A DNA stretch of 31,960 nucleotides from a bacterium. GTDB taxonomy: Bacteria > Zhuqueibacterota > Zhuqueibacteria > Oceanimicrobiales > Oceanimicrobiaceae. The notes beneath the pieces are model-generated. The model did no database searches, had not been told where the DNA came from, and saw only the letters and a list, made by a program, of their open reading frames with translations. This document shows, one piece after another, positions 8,679 to 18,236 of this stretch. The translations under genes were made by a program, and so were the position numbers. The first letter of the stretch is position 1. Each line of letters begins with the position of its first letter. The DNA lies in contig JBHHYI010000031.1 in assembly GCA_046757525.1 (NCBI GenBank), positions 1-31,960 on the forward strand, read 5' to 3'.

Positions 8679-8920
8679 GTTTCTCCAGTGCCTGTGGTTT
8701 AGTCCCAGTCACGGTGGATTGATTCGACATGGTTGGCAACCGGGCCTTGCAGTCGCTTGATCCAAGGCCAGGTTAGAAACTGTGTTGGATTGGAAGTGGC
8801 GCAACGTCCCCTGGAGGCAATCAATCATCACTAATTTGGAAAGGAGGGATGCCAAGGCAACCGAGTTTTTCCAATGAATTGGAGACAAGTTGTTAACGAA
8901 TCAGAAGGAGGGAACTGGTT

Positions 8921-10513
8921 ATGAGGGTTAAAACCTTGTTAGAGTCAGGACTTCTCGAGCGCGGCGGCCTTCGCTCGGGCCGAATTTACAAAGAGGGGTC
9001 GTCTCCCAAATATGGGGTGATTTTTACTATTAATGAAGCACGTTCGGAGGACGACCTGGGCCTGGATCCCAAGCTAATTTTGGGAGCATTAATGGGCAAA
9101 AAAGGCGATCCAGAAAGCGATCGGAATCTCTTTTTTGAGATCCTTGGTGGTTACTTTTATCGCGATAATTTTCCCGATGCTCCCAAGACCACTCATGTGT
9201 TTGGCATTGCCCGCGAGGCAGAGTTTGGGATTGAGGAAGGAGGCTCCACCACGCTCAAGGGCAATTGGAAGTTGGACGATCCGGAGGCTGATCTTGATCC
9301 GCGAAAGGCGAATTTGGATGAAGCCGGTTGGAGCGAAAAATGGGGCAAACAGCCCGGCTGGACCTTTATTGTTGAGCTCAAGGAGACGGAAAGATTCCCT
9401 GTCAGCAAGGACCCGCTAAAAATATTCGTCTTGTGTCCAGAAATCAAGGACATGGGAGTAACGGTTGGGGAGTGCAAAACAGAAGGCAAGAAACGGCTTC
9501 GCCAAGTGGTATTTGCCATCAGCGTGGACGGAGAGCCAGTTAGTTGGACCTGTGATTTCGGCGATGGTGCCAGAGAAACCGGAGAAGGCAAGCCGCCGGC
9601 AAAGATCGAGCATTGGTACGATGGCATGCCCGGCAGTGCACCAAAGTTTTCCATTGCAGGGCCCGGAGCCTGCGATGAGCAATCCACAACAATGAACTTA
9701 TCCGAAGCAGGGTTCGAACCGTGCTCCCCCTGTCCGGAAATCACCCGCTTCGAACACGTGATCGCTGACAAAGATGAGAATACCAAATCGGTCACATTTA
9801 CCCTCACAACCAGCGGTGGGACCCCCGAGAAATTTGAATGGGATTGGGGAGACGGCTCGCCCAAAGAAACCACGACGCAGCCCACCGTCACACACGATTA
9901 CCAGAAACCTGCAAGTGGTACGACAAACTACACGGTCACCGTAAAAACCATCGGGCCAGAGGACTGCCGGGACTCGGATCAAAAGATCGTGCCCATATCC
10001 GTCAATGGCACTGCGCCACCACCTTCCTGGTGTTTCCTGCTGGCGTTGCTTCCGGCTTTCTTCTTGTCGATCCTGTTCGGTGCCCTGGTGGTAGAGGTTG
10101 CTATCAAGATTTTCAATCTGATACAAACTCCTTCCGCCTGGCTTGTTGAGGTCATACTCATCCTGGCGGTGCTCGCGGTCGCGGCTGTGATAGTTTGGTA
10201 TATCCTGACCAGGAAAACGGCCTGTCCGGCCCCCAGCCGATGCGATTGGTTTGGCCTCGGCTGGGTTGTGGCCCTAACTGGCAGCATCGTTGCCTACTAC
10301 GTGAGAAACTGCTGTGCGAATTGGTGGTGGCTGGTCATCGTCCTCCTTCTCGTGCTTGCTGTAATTCTGGTGGTCACCTGGGTGAGAAAATGGGACATCA
10401 AGGCCCGGAGCATTGTTTTTCACTTGTTGGTCAGTTTAATCGCTGCCGTCATCGTCTGCCAGTTTATTGCGTTCAAGATTCTGGCTTATTGTCTGAGCGG
10501 TCAGGTCGGTTAG
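8921..10513 (+). CDS. PKD-domain membrane protein: unknown N-terminal domain, 2 PKD/Ig-like repeats, ~5 C-terminal TM helices
   Basis: Strong RBS AAGGAGG. WTCDFGDG and WDWGDG PKD motifs, each within a CPEI...GP-x2-C unit. Hydrophobic, Cys-rich C-terminus. Confidence 0.85.
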   Translation: MRVKTLLESGLLERGGLRSGRIYKEGSSPKYGVIFTINEARSEDDLGLDPKLILGALMGKKGDPESDRNLFFEILGGYFYRDNFPDAPKTTHVFGIAREAEFGIEEGGSTTLKGNWKLDDPEADLDPRKANLDEAGWSEKWGKQPGWTFIVELKETERFPVSKDPLKIFVLCPEIKDMGVTVGECKTEGKKRLRQVVFAISVDGEPVSWTCDFGDGARETGEGKPPAKIEHWYDGMPGSAPKFSIAGPGACDEQSTTMNLSEAGFEPCSPCPEITRFEHVIADKDENTKSVTFTLTTSGGTPEKFEWDWGDGSPKETTTQPTVTHDYQKPASGTTNYTVTVKTIGPEDCRDSDQKIVPISVNGTAPPPSWCFLLALLPAFFLSILFGALVVEVAIKIFNLIQTPSAWLVEVILILAVLAVAAVIVWYILTRKTACPAPSRCDWFGLGWVVALTGSIVAYYVRNCCANWWWLVIVLLLVLAVILVVTWVRKWDIKARSIVFHLLVSLIAAVIVCQFIAFKILAYCLSGQVG

Positions 10514-10520
10514 CTTGATT

Positions 10521-10562
10521 GGATCTGTCAGGTGTGGGGAACCTGATAGGTCCATTTTTTTT
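10521..10562 (+). terminator. Rho-independent terminator between convergent genes
   Basis: 13-bp stem GGATCTGTCAGGT/ACCTGATAGGTCC (with G-U pairs) followed by ATTTTTTTT. Confidence 0.8.
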
Positions 10563-10586
10563 GAAGCCCTTATTTTGGCGTTGGAA

Positions 10587-12305
10587 TCATTGAAACAATG
10601 GAGAGACCCGGTACGCCCGCAGGGCATATTCTTTAATCATGCGATGGGTGTTGAAATAGGAGGCATTCAAGGCAATGGTATTTTTCATCATCCGAATCCA
10701 TTCGCTTCTGTTGGTGTAGTACAGGGGGATGATGATGTTCTCGAGTTTGTCGTAAAGGTCTTCCAGGTCCTGGCTTTCGTCGTAGTCTGCCAGGTTGTTG
10801 TCCGTGGTTTGGGGTCCAATGGCCCAGCCGGTGACCCCTTCGATGCAGCCTTCAATCCACCAGCCGTCCAGCACGCTGAAGTTGAGGACGCCGTTGTGAG
10901 CCGCTTTCATTCCGCTGGTGCCCGAGGCTTCGCGGGGCCGCTGGGGATTGTTCAGCCAAACATCCACACCCGTGGTAATAATCTTGCCCAAATTCATGTC
11001 GTAGTTTTCCAAATAAGCAATCTTGACCTGGCCTTGAAGATTCTGGATGGCCTGGAAAACTCTCTTGATGACGTCTTTGCCCTCGTTGTCCATGGGGTGC
11101 GCCTTGCCGGCAAAAACGAATTGCAATTTCTCCTTGGCGAACCTGGCCAGCCGGTTGAGGTCGGAAAAGATTAAATCCGCCCTCTTGTAAGCTGCGGCCC
11201 GGCGGGCGAAGCCGATGGTCAAACAATCCAAATCCAACTGCGTTTTGGTTTCCTCGGCAACCACTCTCACCAGCTTGCCTTTTGCTTTTATGTGCGCCTT
11301 CCAGATCTCCTCATCCGGAATGAACATGGTACGCACCAGAACGCAAGGGTCGATGTCCCAACCCGGGATGTATTGGTCGAACAGGCGTCGAAAACTGCTG
11401 GAAGTCCAGGTCACAGAATGTACGCCATTGGTTATGGCTTCTATTTTTTGATTGTGAAACATGTTCCTGGAGACCTCTGCATGTTTTGCCGAAACGCCGT
11501 TGATGAAACGGCTAAGCTTTAACGAAATGGTCGTGAGGTTAACGGGCTGCTCGCCGCCCAAAATGTCTTTCAAGTAATCGATGTACACCGGTTTCATCAC
11601 TCTTCGTACCAGGTCGAAGTCGAAAACATCGTGACCAGCCGGCACCGGCGTGTGGGTGGTAAAGATGCAATCTTCTTTTATTTTGTCGTAAGAGCTGTAC
11701 CCGCTTTCACGGATGAGTTCCAGGGCTAACAGGCTGGCGTGGCCTTCGTTGAGGTGATATTGACTGATCTCGCGAAAGCCCATGTCGCGCAGCATGCGCA
11801 CGCCACCGATGCCCAGGATGATTTCCTGGCACAGACGAACATACTGATCGCCGCCGTAGAGATGCTTGTTGAGCCTGCGGTCTTGTTCATCATTTTCTGG
11901 CACATTGACGTCCAGAAAGTACACCGGCACCACGTAGCCGAATTTGCCCACGATGTCGTATTCCCACACGCGCACCTGAACTGTGCGATTTTCGATTTTG
12001 ATTTCGATATAATTGGGGAGTTGGGTCAATTTCAACTGGGGGTGCCAGCGCACGGCTTTTTCGATTTGATCGCCGGAATCACCCAGTCCTTGCTGGAAAT
12101 AACCATACTGATGCAAAAGCGTCATGCCTACCATGGGAATTCCCAGGTCTGCGGCAGAACGCAAGGTATCCCCGGCCAACACGCCCAGTCCGCCGCTGAA
12201 AGACGGAATGTCATTTTCTAACGCGATTTCCATGGTAAAGTAGGCAATTTCACGGGCTGACTTGTCCTGGCTCAACCGTTTGAAAATAGGGCTGGTATCT
12301 TGCAT
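10587..12305 (-). CDS. glgP: Alpha-glucan (glycogen/maltodextrin) phosphorylase, short form
   Basis: IAYFTMEI, SGGLGVLAGD, HLNEGH, FTTHTPVPAGHD, ITNGVH, FAGKAHP, and the PLP-lysine motif EASGTSGMKA. Confidence 0.96.
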   Translation of the reverse strand: MQDTSPIFKRLSQDKSAREIAYFTMEIALENDIPSFSGGLGVLAGDTLRSAADLGIPMVGMTLLHQYGYFQQGLGDSGDQIEKAVRWHPQLKLTQLPNYIEIKIENRTVQVRVWEYDIVGKFGYVVPVYFLDVNVPENDEQDRRLNKHLYGGDQYVRLCQEIILGIGGVRMLRDMGFREISQYHLNEGHASLLALELIRESGYSSYDKIKEDCIFTTHTPVPAGHDVFDFDLVRRVMKPVYIDYLKDILGGEQPVNLTTISLKLSRFINGVSAKHAEVSRNMFHNQKIEAITNGVHSVTWTSSSFRRLFDQYIPGWDIDPCVLVRTMFIPDEEIWKAHIKAKGKLVRVVAEETKTQLDLDCLTIGFARRAAAYKRADLIFSDLNRLARFAKEKLQFVFAGKAHPMDNEGKDVIKRVFQAIQNLQGQVKIAYLENYDMNLGKIITTGVDVWLNNPQRPREASGTSGMKAAHNGVLNFSVLDGWWIEGCIEGVTGWAIGPQTTDNNLADYDESQDLEDLYDKLENIIIPLYYTNRSEWIRMMKNTIALNASYFNTHRMIKEYALRAYRVSPLFQ

Positions 12306-12547
12306 CTTTCTAATTCCTCTGTGACATCTTCTTGTACGGGTGCGTGGATTGTTTAAACAGTAAAAGTTATATCGACAAAATTAACCTTTGCTGAAATTGA
12401 TTTGCTCATCGTCGCAATCTTATCAAAATTTTTCCTGGGGATTAATCGTTAAGAGGGTTGTTTGACCAGGTCGTGCATTCATCGCAGACTCAGGGCGCCA
12501 TCCATGCTCACACGGACCTGTTGCTTCAAAGTGATCATTAAGGCCGG

Positions 12548-13333
12548 TCAATTCGTTGGTTTGAACATGCTGGCGGTAACTTGCGTGACCAGTCTGCGTG
12601 TGACGAAGCGTGAAGAGTTGGCCAACAAGTAGTTCTTGAGACCTGAGATGACCGTCATCTCACCTTTCAAAAACGCCTGCAATCCTAATTTAGCCACTTT
12701 GTCCGGAGATTCAAGACCGACGAGTTTGTCGGGATCAATTTTTGACACCTGATGAAAATTGCTCTGGGTCCCACCTGGACACAGGCAAGTAACTGTGACG
12801 CCGCGATCTTTGCATTCCGCCCAAAGCGCTTCTGAAAAATTCAGGACAAAAGATTTTGTGGCGCTGTAGGTTGCGAAGAAAGGCACCGGTTGAAAAGCGG
12901 CTGTGGAGGCAACGTTGATGAAGCCACCATCGCCCTTCTCGAGCAGGCCGGGCAAAAACAGGTGCGTCAAGGCCACCACCGCATGAATATTGAGCTGGCA
13001 CATGTCCTGATAAGTTTCATAATCCACGGATTCAAACTTGCCCCACTTGCCAAAGCCGGCATTATTTATCACCACATCGATTTCCAGGCCGGCCTTTTGA
13101 GTTTGTTCAAACAGTTTTCGGGGAGTTTGCGTGTGGCCCAGATCCCCGGGCATCACCTGGACGGCAACGCCGTGCTCCCGCACAAGCGCGTCGGCGAGCT
13201 CCTGCAATTTCCCCTCTGACCTTGCCGTCAAGACCAAATTGGCGCCTTCTGCTGCCAGAAGCCTCGCAAACGCCGCGCCTATTCCCGAAGAAGCTCCGGT
13301 GACTAACACGGTTTTGTTCTTGTAAGATCTCAC
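12548..13333 (-). CDS. Short-chain dehydrogenase/reductase (DltE-like)
   Basis: TGASSGIG, NNAG, YSATK, LCPGGT. GTG start with AGGAAG upstream. Confidence 0.95.
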   Translation of the reverse strand: MRSYKNKTVLVTGASSGIGAAFARLLAAEGANLVLTARSEGKLQELADALVREHGVAVQVMPGDLGHTQTPRKLFEQTQKAGLEIDVVINNAGFGKWGKFESVDYETYQDMCQLNIHAVVALTHLFLPGLLEKGDGGFINVASTAAFQPVPFFATYSATKSFVLNFSEALWAECKDRGVTVTCLCPGGTQSNFHQVSKIDPDKLVGLESPDKVAKLGLQAFLKGEMTVISGLKNYLLANSSRFVTRRLVTQVTASMFKPTN

Positions 13334-13518
13334 AAAATGATCTTCCTAATTGTAGCAGTCCTTGTTCTTCTTTCGAATTGCTTTAAAAAACAGATAAGAT
13401 AATAATCAAATAAAAGCTGAAAATCAATAACATTCTTGTAACTTCAAGTGCAAGCCTTGCATTTTTTGTGACTACGTCATTGGATTAGGAAAGTAGTTGT
13501 CCCGTGTGAACAGCGTAC

Positions 13519-13831
13519 TGTCATTTCGAATAGAGTGAAATTGTCATTTGGACGGAGAACAGAGAGAGAAAGTTTGTTGGGCCAGTCAGAGTGGCTCTAC
13601 GTCGATCCATGTGGGTAAATCAGGCTCATGAAACACGAATAGACCACGGATTCACACTGATGCACACGGACTGAGTTAATCTACAAAGCGTCTGAACTCT
13701 ACTATTCTAAACTCATATTATCTGAGTTTCACCCATGTGAATCCGCGGCTTTCTAATTTTTCTTCAATGTTACCCACACAAAACGACATAACAGCCAGAT
13801 GGCTTCAGCACTTGCTCCAGTGGAGATGACA
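13519..13831. repeat. Nested imperfect inverted-repeat (REPIN/MITE-like) cluster
   Basis: Outer TGTCAT...ATGACA ends, middle GTCG..TGTGGGTAA / TTACCCACA..CGAC arms, inner CCACGGATTCAC / GTGAATCCGCGG arms. Confidence 0.55.
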
Positions 13832-13963
13832 AGTACGAAGAGGCGTTTTGGGTCAAGCACTCGGTAGGATAGTGCGCGGCTCCGCCAGTCAATCATCGTT
13901 GAACTACGTGTGTAAATTTTACACGCCTGGTTTACGCAGGCCTTCGGTTCATAACGCTTTAAT

Positions 13964-13976
13964 AATCAAGTTCTTG
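13964..13976 (+). promoter_or_regulatory. IHF-like site
   Basis: AATCAA-GTTC-TTG matches WATCAA-N4-TTR and lies upstream of the sigma54 site. Confidence 0.45.
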
Positions 13977-14151
13977 GCTAAAATACCATCCAGCCTGGTA
14001 AGAAATTTACCAGTTGGGTGCTCCATAATTACACAAATCTGTGGCGGATCGAGAGGAAACAGAGCGTAAAGATTTCCCAATTACGAAAATGTGTTCAATA
14101 GAAACAATGCTTTGTCTCATTAAGATAATGCCTCTGAATTTAACCATTTTC

Positions 14152-14167
14152 TGGCACAAGCTTTGCA
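14152..14167 (+). promoter_or_regulatory. Sigma54 (RpoN) -24/-12 promoter
   Basis: TGGCAC-AAGCT-TTGCA, with exact consensus spacing. Confidence 0.75.
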
Positions 14168-14388
14168 CTTGAATGGGTGACCAGGGATAGAAGTGGTAAT
14201 ATTCGCCGCAGTGTTTCTCAGCTCAGATGTCAATCTTCAGAGCAATCGAATCCAGGTACCGTCCACAGTGGTAACGACCGCACCCAGTCTAAAACAAGGA
14301 AGCATTAGATACCTCGAGAACTCGAACCATTCAAATCAACGCCTTAGGTTGCTGTTAGATTCATAAACCGTCTAAAATCGGGAGGCTT

Positions 14389-15657
14389 GTGCTCTTGCAA
14401 AGTAAAAACCATTCTTACTCAAACTGGCTAAATTACGACGATATTGTGGGATGGGACGACATTCATCGTTTAGACGATCTATTACGATTAAACAATGATT
14501 ACACCGAATACGAATACATCCCCACGGAGTTTGTAAAGAGAGTATTGGACCGTGAGTTGTCCTCAAACAAATACATTGCGCTCATCAACAAGAGATTTGG
14601 GTTTGAGACTGAAGAAGCGCTGTGCCGGGAAGTTACTCTGCTCGACCAAAAAATCCCCCAAAGGCTTTATTATTTGTTGTGGGGCCTCAAGAATCGGGAT
14701 CTCATTTTAGTCGACGGGCTGCTGAGTACGAGAGAACTAAACAAAGCCATCTATTGTCTGTTCAAAACAATAACGGTGTTAGAATTGAATCTGGAAAAAA
14801 TGCCGCAAAAGGTGTGGTTCTATGAACAATTGGGCCTGGCTTATTTCGAACTTGCCGGTATCGCCAGCCATGCCAGCAGGGGACTGTGGCTGCAGGGCAA
14901 ACGTCAAAGCCACGTGAGCCTTTTGCGAGATGCCATCGCCTGTTTTCAAAATGCACTGAAGCTGGACGCCAGCCGCGGCCAAGAAATTGATTCTTCTCAT
15001 GAAAACATCTTGAAGCTTATCGACCAGCGATTCAAGCTGCAAGGGGACAGAACGTTGCTGTACATTAATCCCTGGCACCTGCTGTATATTTCTGCCGCGC
15101 TGCGAATACTCAATGATCGGGAAGGCGCGGCAAACTACCTGGACAAGGCGAGGTTAGTCATCAACCTGTTAAGCGATCACCAAAACCCGAACCTGGTCAA
15201 TGAAAAGAAGCTGGTGCAAGCCATTTACACAGTTTTGAATTACAAGAAAGCGTTTACATTTGATCTGGATCAGCACAAATTGGAGAGCATAAATCAACAG
15301 TTGCAGTGCGTCAGCAAAACGCTAAACCTCAGGCGAGACAAACGTTTTTGTTACAGTCCAATCGTGGTGAGGGCTCTCACGGAACAATATCGGCTGCAAT
15401 CCAGTTGGCTCAACAACGGTCTGTTGCATACGGACCAAATCGAATACCTCAACGCTATTTGCTCGCTCTACACCGAAGTCCCCTCTGCCCAAAAGCGAGA
15501 CAAACTCATTTTTAGATTCAACATTCCACCTTTAAATATTCACGGGATGCAAAACGACTTGCGATTCTTGCCTTCAGCGGTTCCTGAAAAAACTTCATCC
15601 GTGCAGTTGTCCTCGAAGCCCACGACTTCCGCACGCCGTACTTGCTCCTACGTTTAG
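14389..15657 (+). CDS. Hypothetical alpha-helical protein with a TPR-like segment
   Basis: 422-codon ORF with GGAGG upstream (start GTG 14389 or TTG 14395). WFYEQLGLAYFELA...DAIACFQNALKLD is TPR-like. No family recognised. Confidence 0.75.
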   Translation: MLLQSKNHSYSNWLNYDDIVGWDDIHRLDDLLRLNNDYTEYEYIPTEFVKRVLDRELSSNKYIALINKRFGFETEEALCREVTLLDQKIPQRLYYLLWGLKNRDLILVDGLLSTRELNKAIYCLFKTITVLELNLEKMPQKVWFYEQLGLAYFELAGIASHASRGLWLQGKRQSHVSLLRDAIACFQNALKLDASRGQEIDSSHENILKLIDQRFKLQGDRTLLYINPWHLLYISAALRILNDREGAANYLDKARLVINLLSDHQNPNLVNEKKLVQAIYTVLNYKKAFTFDLDQHKLESINQQLQCVSKTLNLRRDKRFCYSPIVVRALTEQYRLQSSWLNNGLLHTDQIEYLNAICSLYTEVPSAQKRDKLIFRFNIPPLNIHGMQNDLRFLPSAVPEKTSSVQLSSKPTTSARRTCSYV

Positions 15658-15722
15658 AAATGCAGTCAGTATGGTTGCCCCTTGTTTTGGTGATGCGATC
15701 AGGCTTTGTCACTAAAATTGCC

Positions 15723-15751
15723 TTGCTTTTTTGCATCAAATAGTTTATTAT
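15723..15751 (+). promoter_or_regulatory. Putative sigma70-type promoter
   Basis: TTGCTT-17 nt-TATTAT. Confidence 0.5.
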
Positions 15752-15897
15752 TGGGCGTGGAGGCATACCCGACTCCATAATCAACAAACAGAGTCTCGAC
15801 CAGGCGGAGCAAGACGCGGCCGACATAACTGGCGTCAAGAACAATTTCGTTTGTTTCTTTTACCGCATTAACATTTCACATCTGTACGAGATTCTGC

Positions 15898-17649
15898 GTG
15901 AAACATAGAAAAATAGAAGTTGTCGTTATGCAGTTATTGCATGGCTTGGCCAGGTGGAAAGATTTCAAGTGGTTGCGAAAGCCTATTTCCTTCAAGAAGG
16001 CTTTTGTCCTTTCCATTGTCTGTCATTTTTTGTTGTTGCTGTTTTGCGCTCTCATCGTTTCCTTGTTCAACATCCCGCTGATTTACAACCCACCACTGGT
16101 CTTCGATTTTGCTTACGTGCCTTCCGAAGGGTTGCAAACCGTTACCCTGCAAGGGGATCACCTTGAAGACAGCGCCAAACCCAAACAGGCGCAAACAAAA
16201 AGTGAACAGCGTCCGCACCCTCGGCAACTCAATGACGCCGAGACAGTGAGATCGCTGGAAGACGAAGGCGCAGCAGAAAATGCGGAACGGCCAAACACCC
16301 CTGAGGTGCTGGAAGAAGCCACTGCAGCAAACTTAGCTGCCAATGCGACTGCGGTTGTGGATCAGACGGTGCCGGAGACCTCTGACAGCGACGTGGGCAA
16401 CGACAATTATGTTCCCGAGGCGAGAAACAGGGATCAATTGACCAACCCCTACGTGATCAGTCGCTTCAAGCCTTTGGCGCGGTATCTGCCGCCGTTCGAC
16501 GTGCGCAATCCGAACCTGGTGCCTGCAAGAATCGCCATGACGAAAAGACAGCGTGAGCGCTTGCAGAAGCAGGTAAAAAAGCTGTCCTACAAATTGAACG
16601 AATTAGGTGTGGCGGACTCTCTCTTGGTGTGGAGCGTCGGAGGACAACAATACGACGTCAAAGTGCGCCGTCTGCCGACGAAATCCAATACCGGTCTTGA
16701 CGAGATTCTGGTGGAAATCAGCACTCAAGAAAATGGTCACCAGTTAACCACAGAAATGCGCCTGAAGCGGCTGGCGTTCTCCAGTTTTGCGCAGTTTGTC
16801 GACTATTGGGATCCGCGCGTCGCCGTCCATAACGATGAATTGGTTGGTCGTTTCCACTCTAACACCACATTTGCGGTCAGCAACCGCTTTGGCGTTGTTC
16901 CGAAATTTTACGGCAAGGTCACCACAGCGGGCTTCCGTGTGCGGTCGGGCGGCAGTTTCCCTTTTTTCGATCGAGAATCCATATTCTTGGGCGGGCTTGA
17001 GACCGGTGTCAGACCCATTCACGTTCCCAAGCATTTCCTGCCGGCGGTCAAAGAAGCCGCTGCCGACAGCAGTCGCTATCGTCAGGTAAGCGGAGAAACC
17101 TGGATTACCTTTAACGGCGACGGCACCTATTCCTGGCGCGATGCCTCCGCACACGCAAATAGGACAAAAAACAAAATTCCAAACGACACCGCTTTTATTA
17201 TTTCAGGCGACAAGAAATCGGTTATTCATGTCAAAGGGGTGGTGAACGGCAAGATTCTGGTTTATTCGGCCAAAAGAATCATCATCGACGGCAGTTTGAA
17301 TTACGCCCAGCATCCTGAGGTTTCGCCATTTGCAGACGATTACCTTGGATTGGTGAGCGAAAAGAACATCGAGATTGCCCACCCCTCTGTCACCGGACCC
17401 GGGGACCTCTATATTTTTGCTTCCATGTTTGCCAAACGGCGTTTTGTGGTGCGCAATATTTACGGCCATGGCGAGGCCAAACTCTACATTTACGGCAGCC
17501 TTTCCGCTGGCTCCCTCTCGGCCACAGAACCGCGCTATGCGACGCACGTGCAATTCGACAAACGTTTGGAGTCGCGCAGACCGCCCAATTTCCCCATGAC
17601 CGACAAATTTGAGCTGAACCACTGGGACGGAACCTGGCATTTGAAATGA
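15898..17649 (+). CDS. Single-pass membrane-anchored protein with a C-terminal DUF4900/PilX-like beta-rich domain
   Basis: TonB-like anchor AFVLSIVCHFLLL, an acidic low-complexity linker, then GRFHSN..PKFYGKVTTA..VKGVVNGKILVYS..IIIDGSLNY..DYLGLVSEKNI. Start uncertain (GTG 15898 or ATG 15928). Confidence 0.7.
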   Translation: MKHRKIEVVVMQLLHGLARWKDFKWLRKPISFKKAFVLSIVCHFLLLLFCALIVSLFNIPLIYNPPLVFDFAYVPSEGLQTVTLQGDHLEDSAKPKQAQTKSEQRPHPRQLNDAETVRSLEDEGAAENAERPNTPEVLEEATAANLAANATAVVDQTVPETSDSDVGNDNYVPEARNRDQLTNPYVISRFKPLARYLPPFDVRNPNLVPARIAMTKRQRERLQKQVKKLSYKLNELGVADSLLVWSVGGQQYDVKVRRLPTKSNTGLDEILVEISTQENGHQLTTEMRLKRLAFSSFAQFVDYWDPRVAVHNDELVGRFHSNTTFAVSNRFGVVPKFYGKVTTAGFRVRSGGSFPFFDRESIFLGGLETGVRPIHVPKHFLPAVKEAAADSSRYRQVSGETWITFNGDGTYSWRDASAHANRTKNKIPNDTAFIISGDKKSVIHVKGVVNGKILVYSAKRIIIDGSLNYAQHPEVSPFADDYLGLVSEKNIEIAHPSVTGPGDLYIFASMFAKRRFVVRNIYGHGEAKLYIYGSLSAGSLSATEPRYATHVQFDKRLESRRPPNFPMTDKFELNHWDGTWHLK

Positions 17650-17665
17650 AACGGCAACGAGTGCT

Positions 17666-18061
17666 TTGAAAGATATCGCTACACTCTTAGACGAGCCTGA
17701 CACCACCATTGCCGTGGTGGGGGCCACGGACCATCCTTCCAAGTACGGCTACGTGATCTACCGCGATTTGAAACGCAAAGGCTATCAAGTCTACCCGGTC
17801 AATCCCAATCGGGCAACCGTGGACGGTGACCGGACCTGCGAATCGCTGGCCCAATGCCCCCAAAAACCCACCATCGTCAACATCGTGGTGCCGCCTGAGG
17901 TGACTCTGAATGTGCTGCGGCAGTGTCTGGATTTAGGCTTGAAGAACGTCTGGCTGCAGCCGGGCGCCGAGAGCCCGGAGGTCATGAGCTTTTTACAACA
18001 AAATGCATTTAACTACCTGGCCAATGCCTGCATCATGGTGCAAAGCCGGCTCAAGGGCTAA
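17666..18061 (+). CDS. CoA-binding protein (YccU family)
   Basis: TIAVVGATDHPSKYG, YPVNP, VWLQPG, C-terminal CIMV. Confidence 0.92.
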   Translation: MKDIATLLDEPDTTIAVVGATDHPSKYGYVIYRDLKRKGYQVYPVNPNRATVDGDRTCESLAQCPQKPTIVNIVVPPEVTLNVLRQCLDLGLKNVWLQPGAESPEVMSFLQQNAFNYLANACIMVQSRLKG

Positions 18062-18236
18062 ATAAGGCTCCTGTGACTCATGAGCCGGTTCCTAAACACT
18101 ATTCCAATCCACCCAAAACCGGGCTTGAAGAGTAGACCGCGGTATTGATTGCCTTGATTTTGATAAGATTTTATCTTGTTCATCCTGTCTAAATACGTTA
18201 CTGCAATTATGAAATAGCGTACTCAATACGACTGAA

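Noticed and set aside
8711..8735. GATTCGAC resembling the tmRNA 5' end or a tRNA T-loop
   Set aside because: There is no GGGG acceptor start, no cloverleaf and no matching 3' CCA end.
8849..8896. 15-codon ORF MPRQPSFSNELETSC after AAGGAGGG
   Set aside because: The SD abuts the ATG with no spacer, so there is no support for translation.
10515..11174. 219-aa plus-strand ORF
   Set aside because: Antisense shadow of glgP that also runs through a terminator.
13848..14069. 73-aa ORF in the sigma54 upstream region
   Set aside because: TTG start, no protein-like features, and it overlaps apparent regulatory palindromes.
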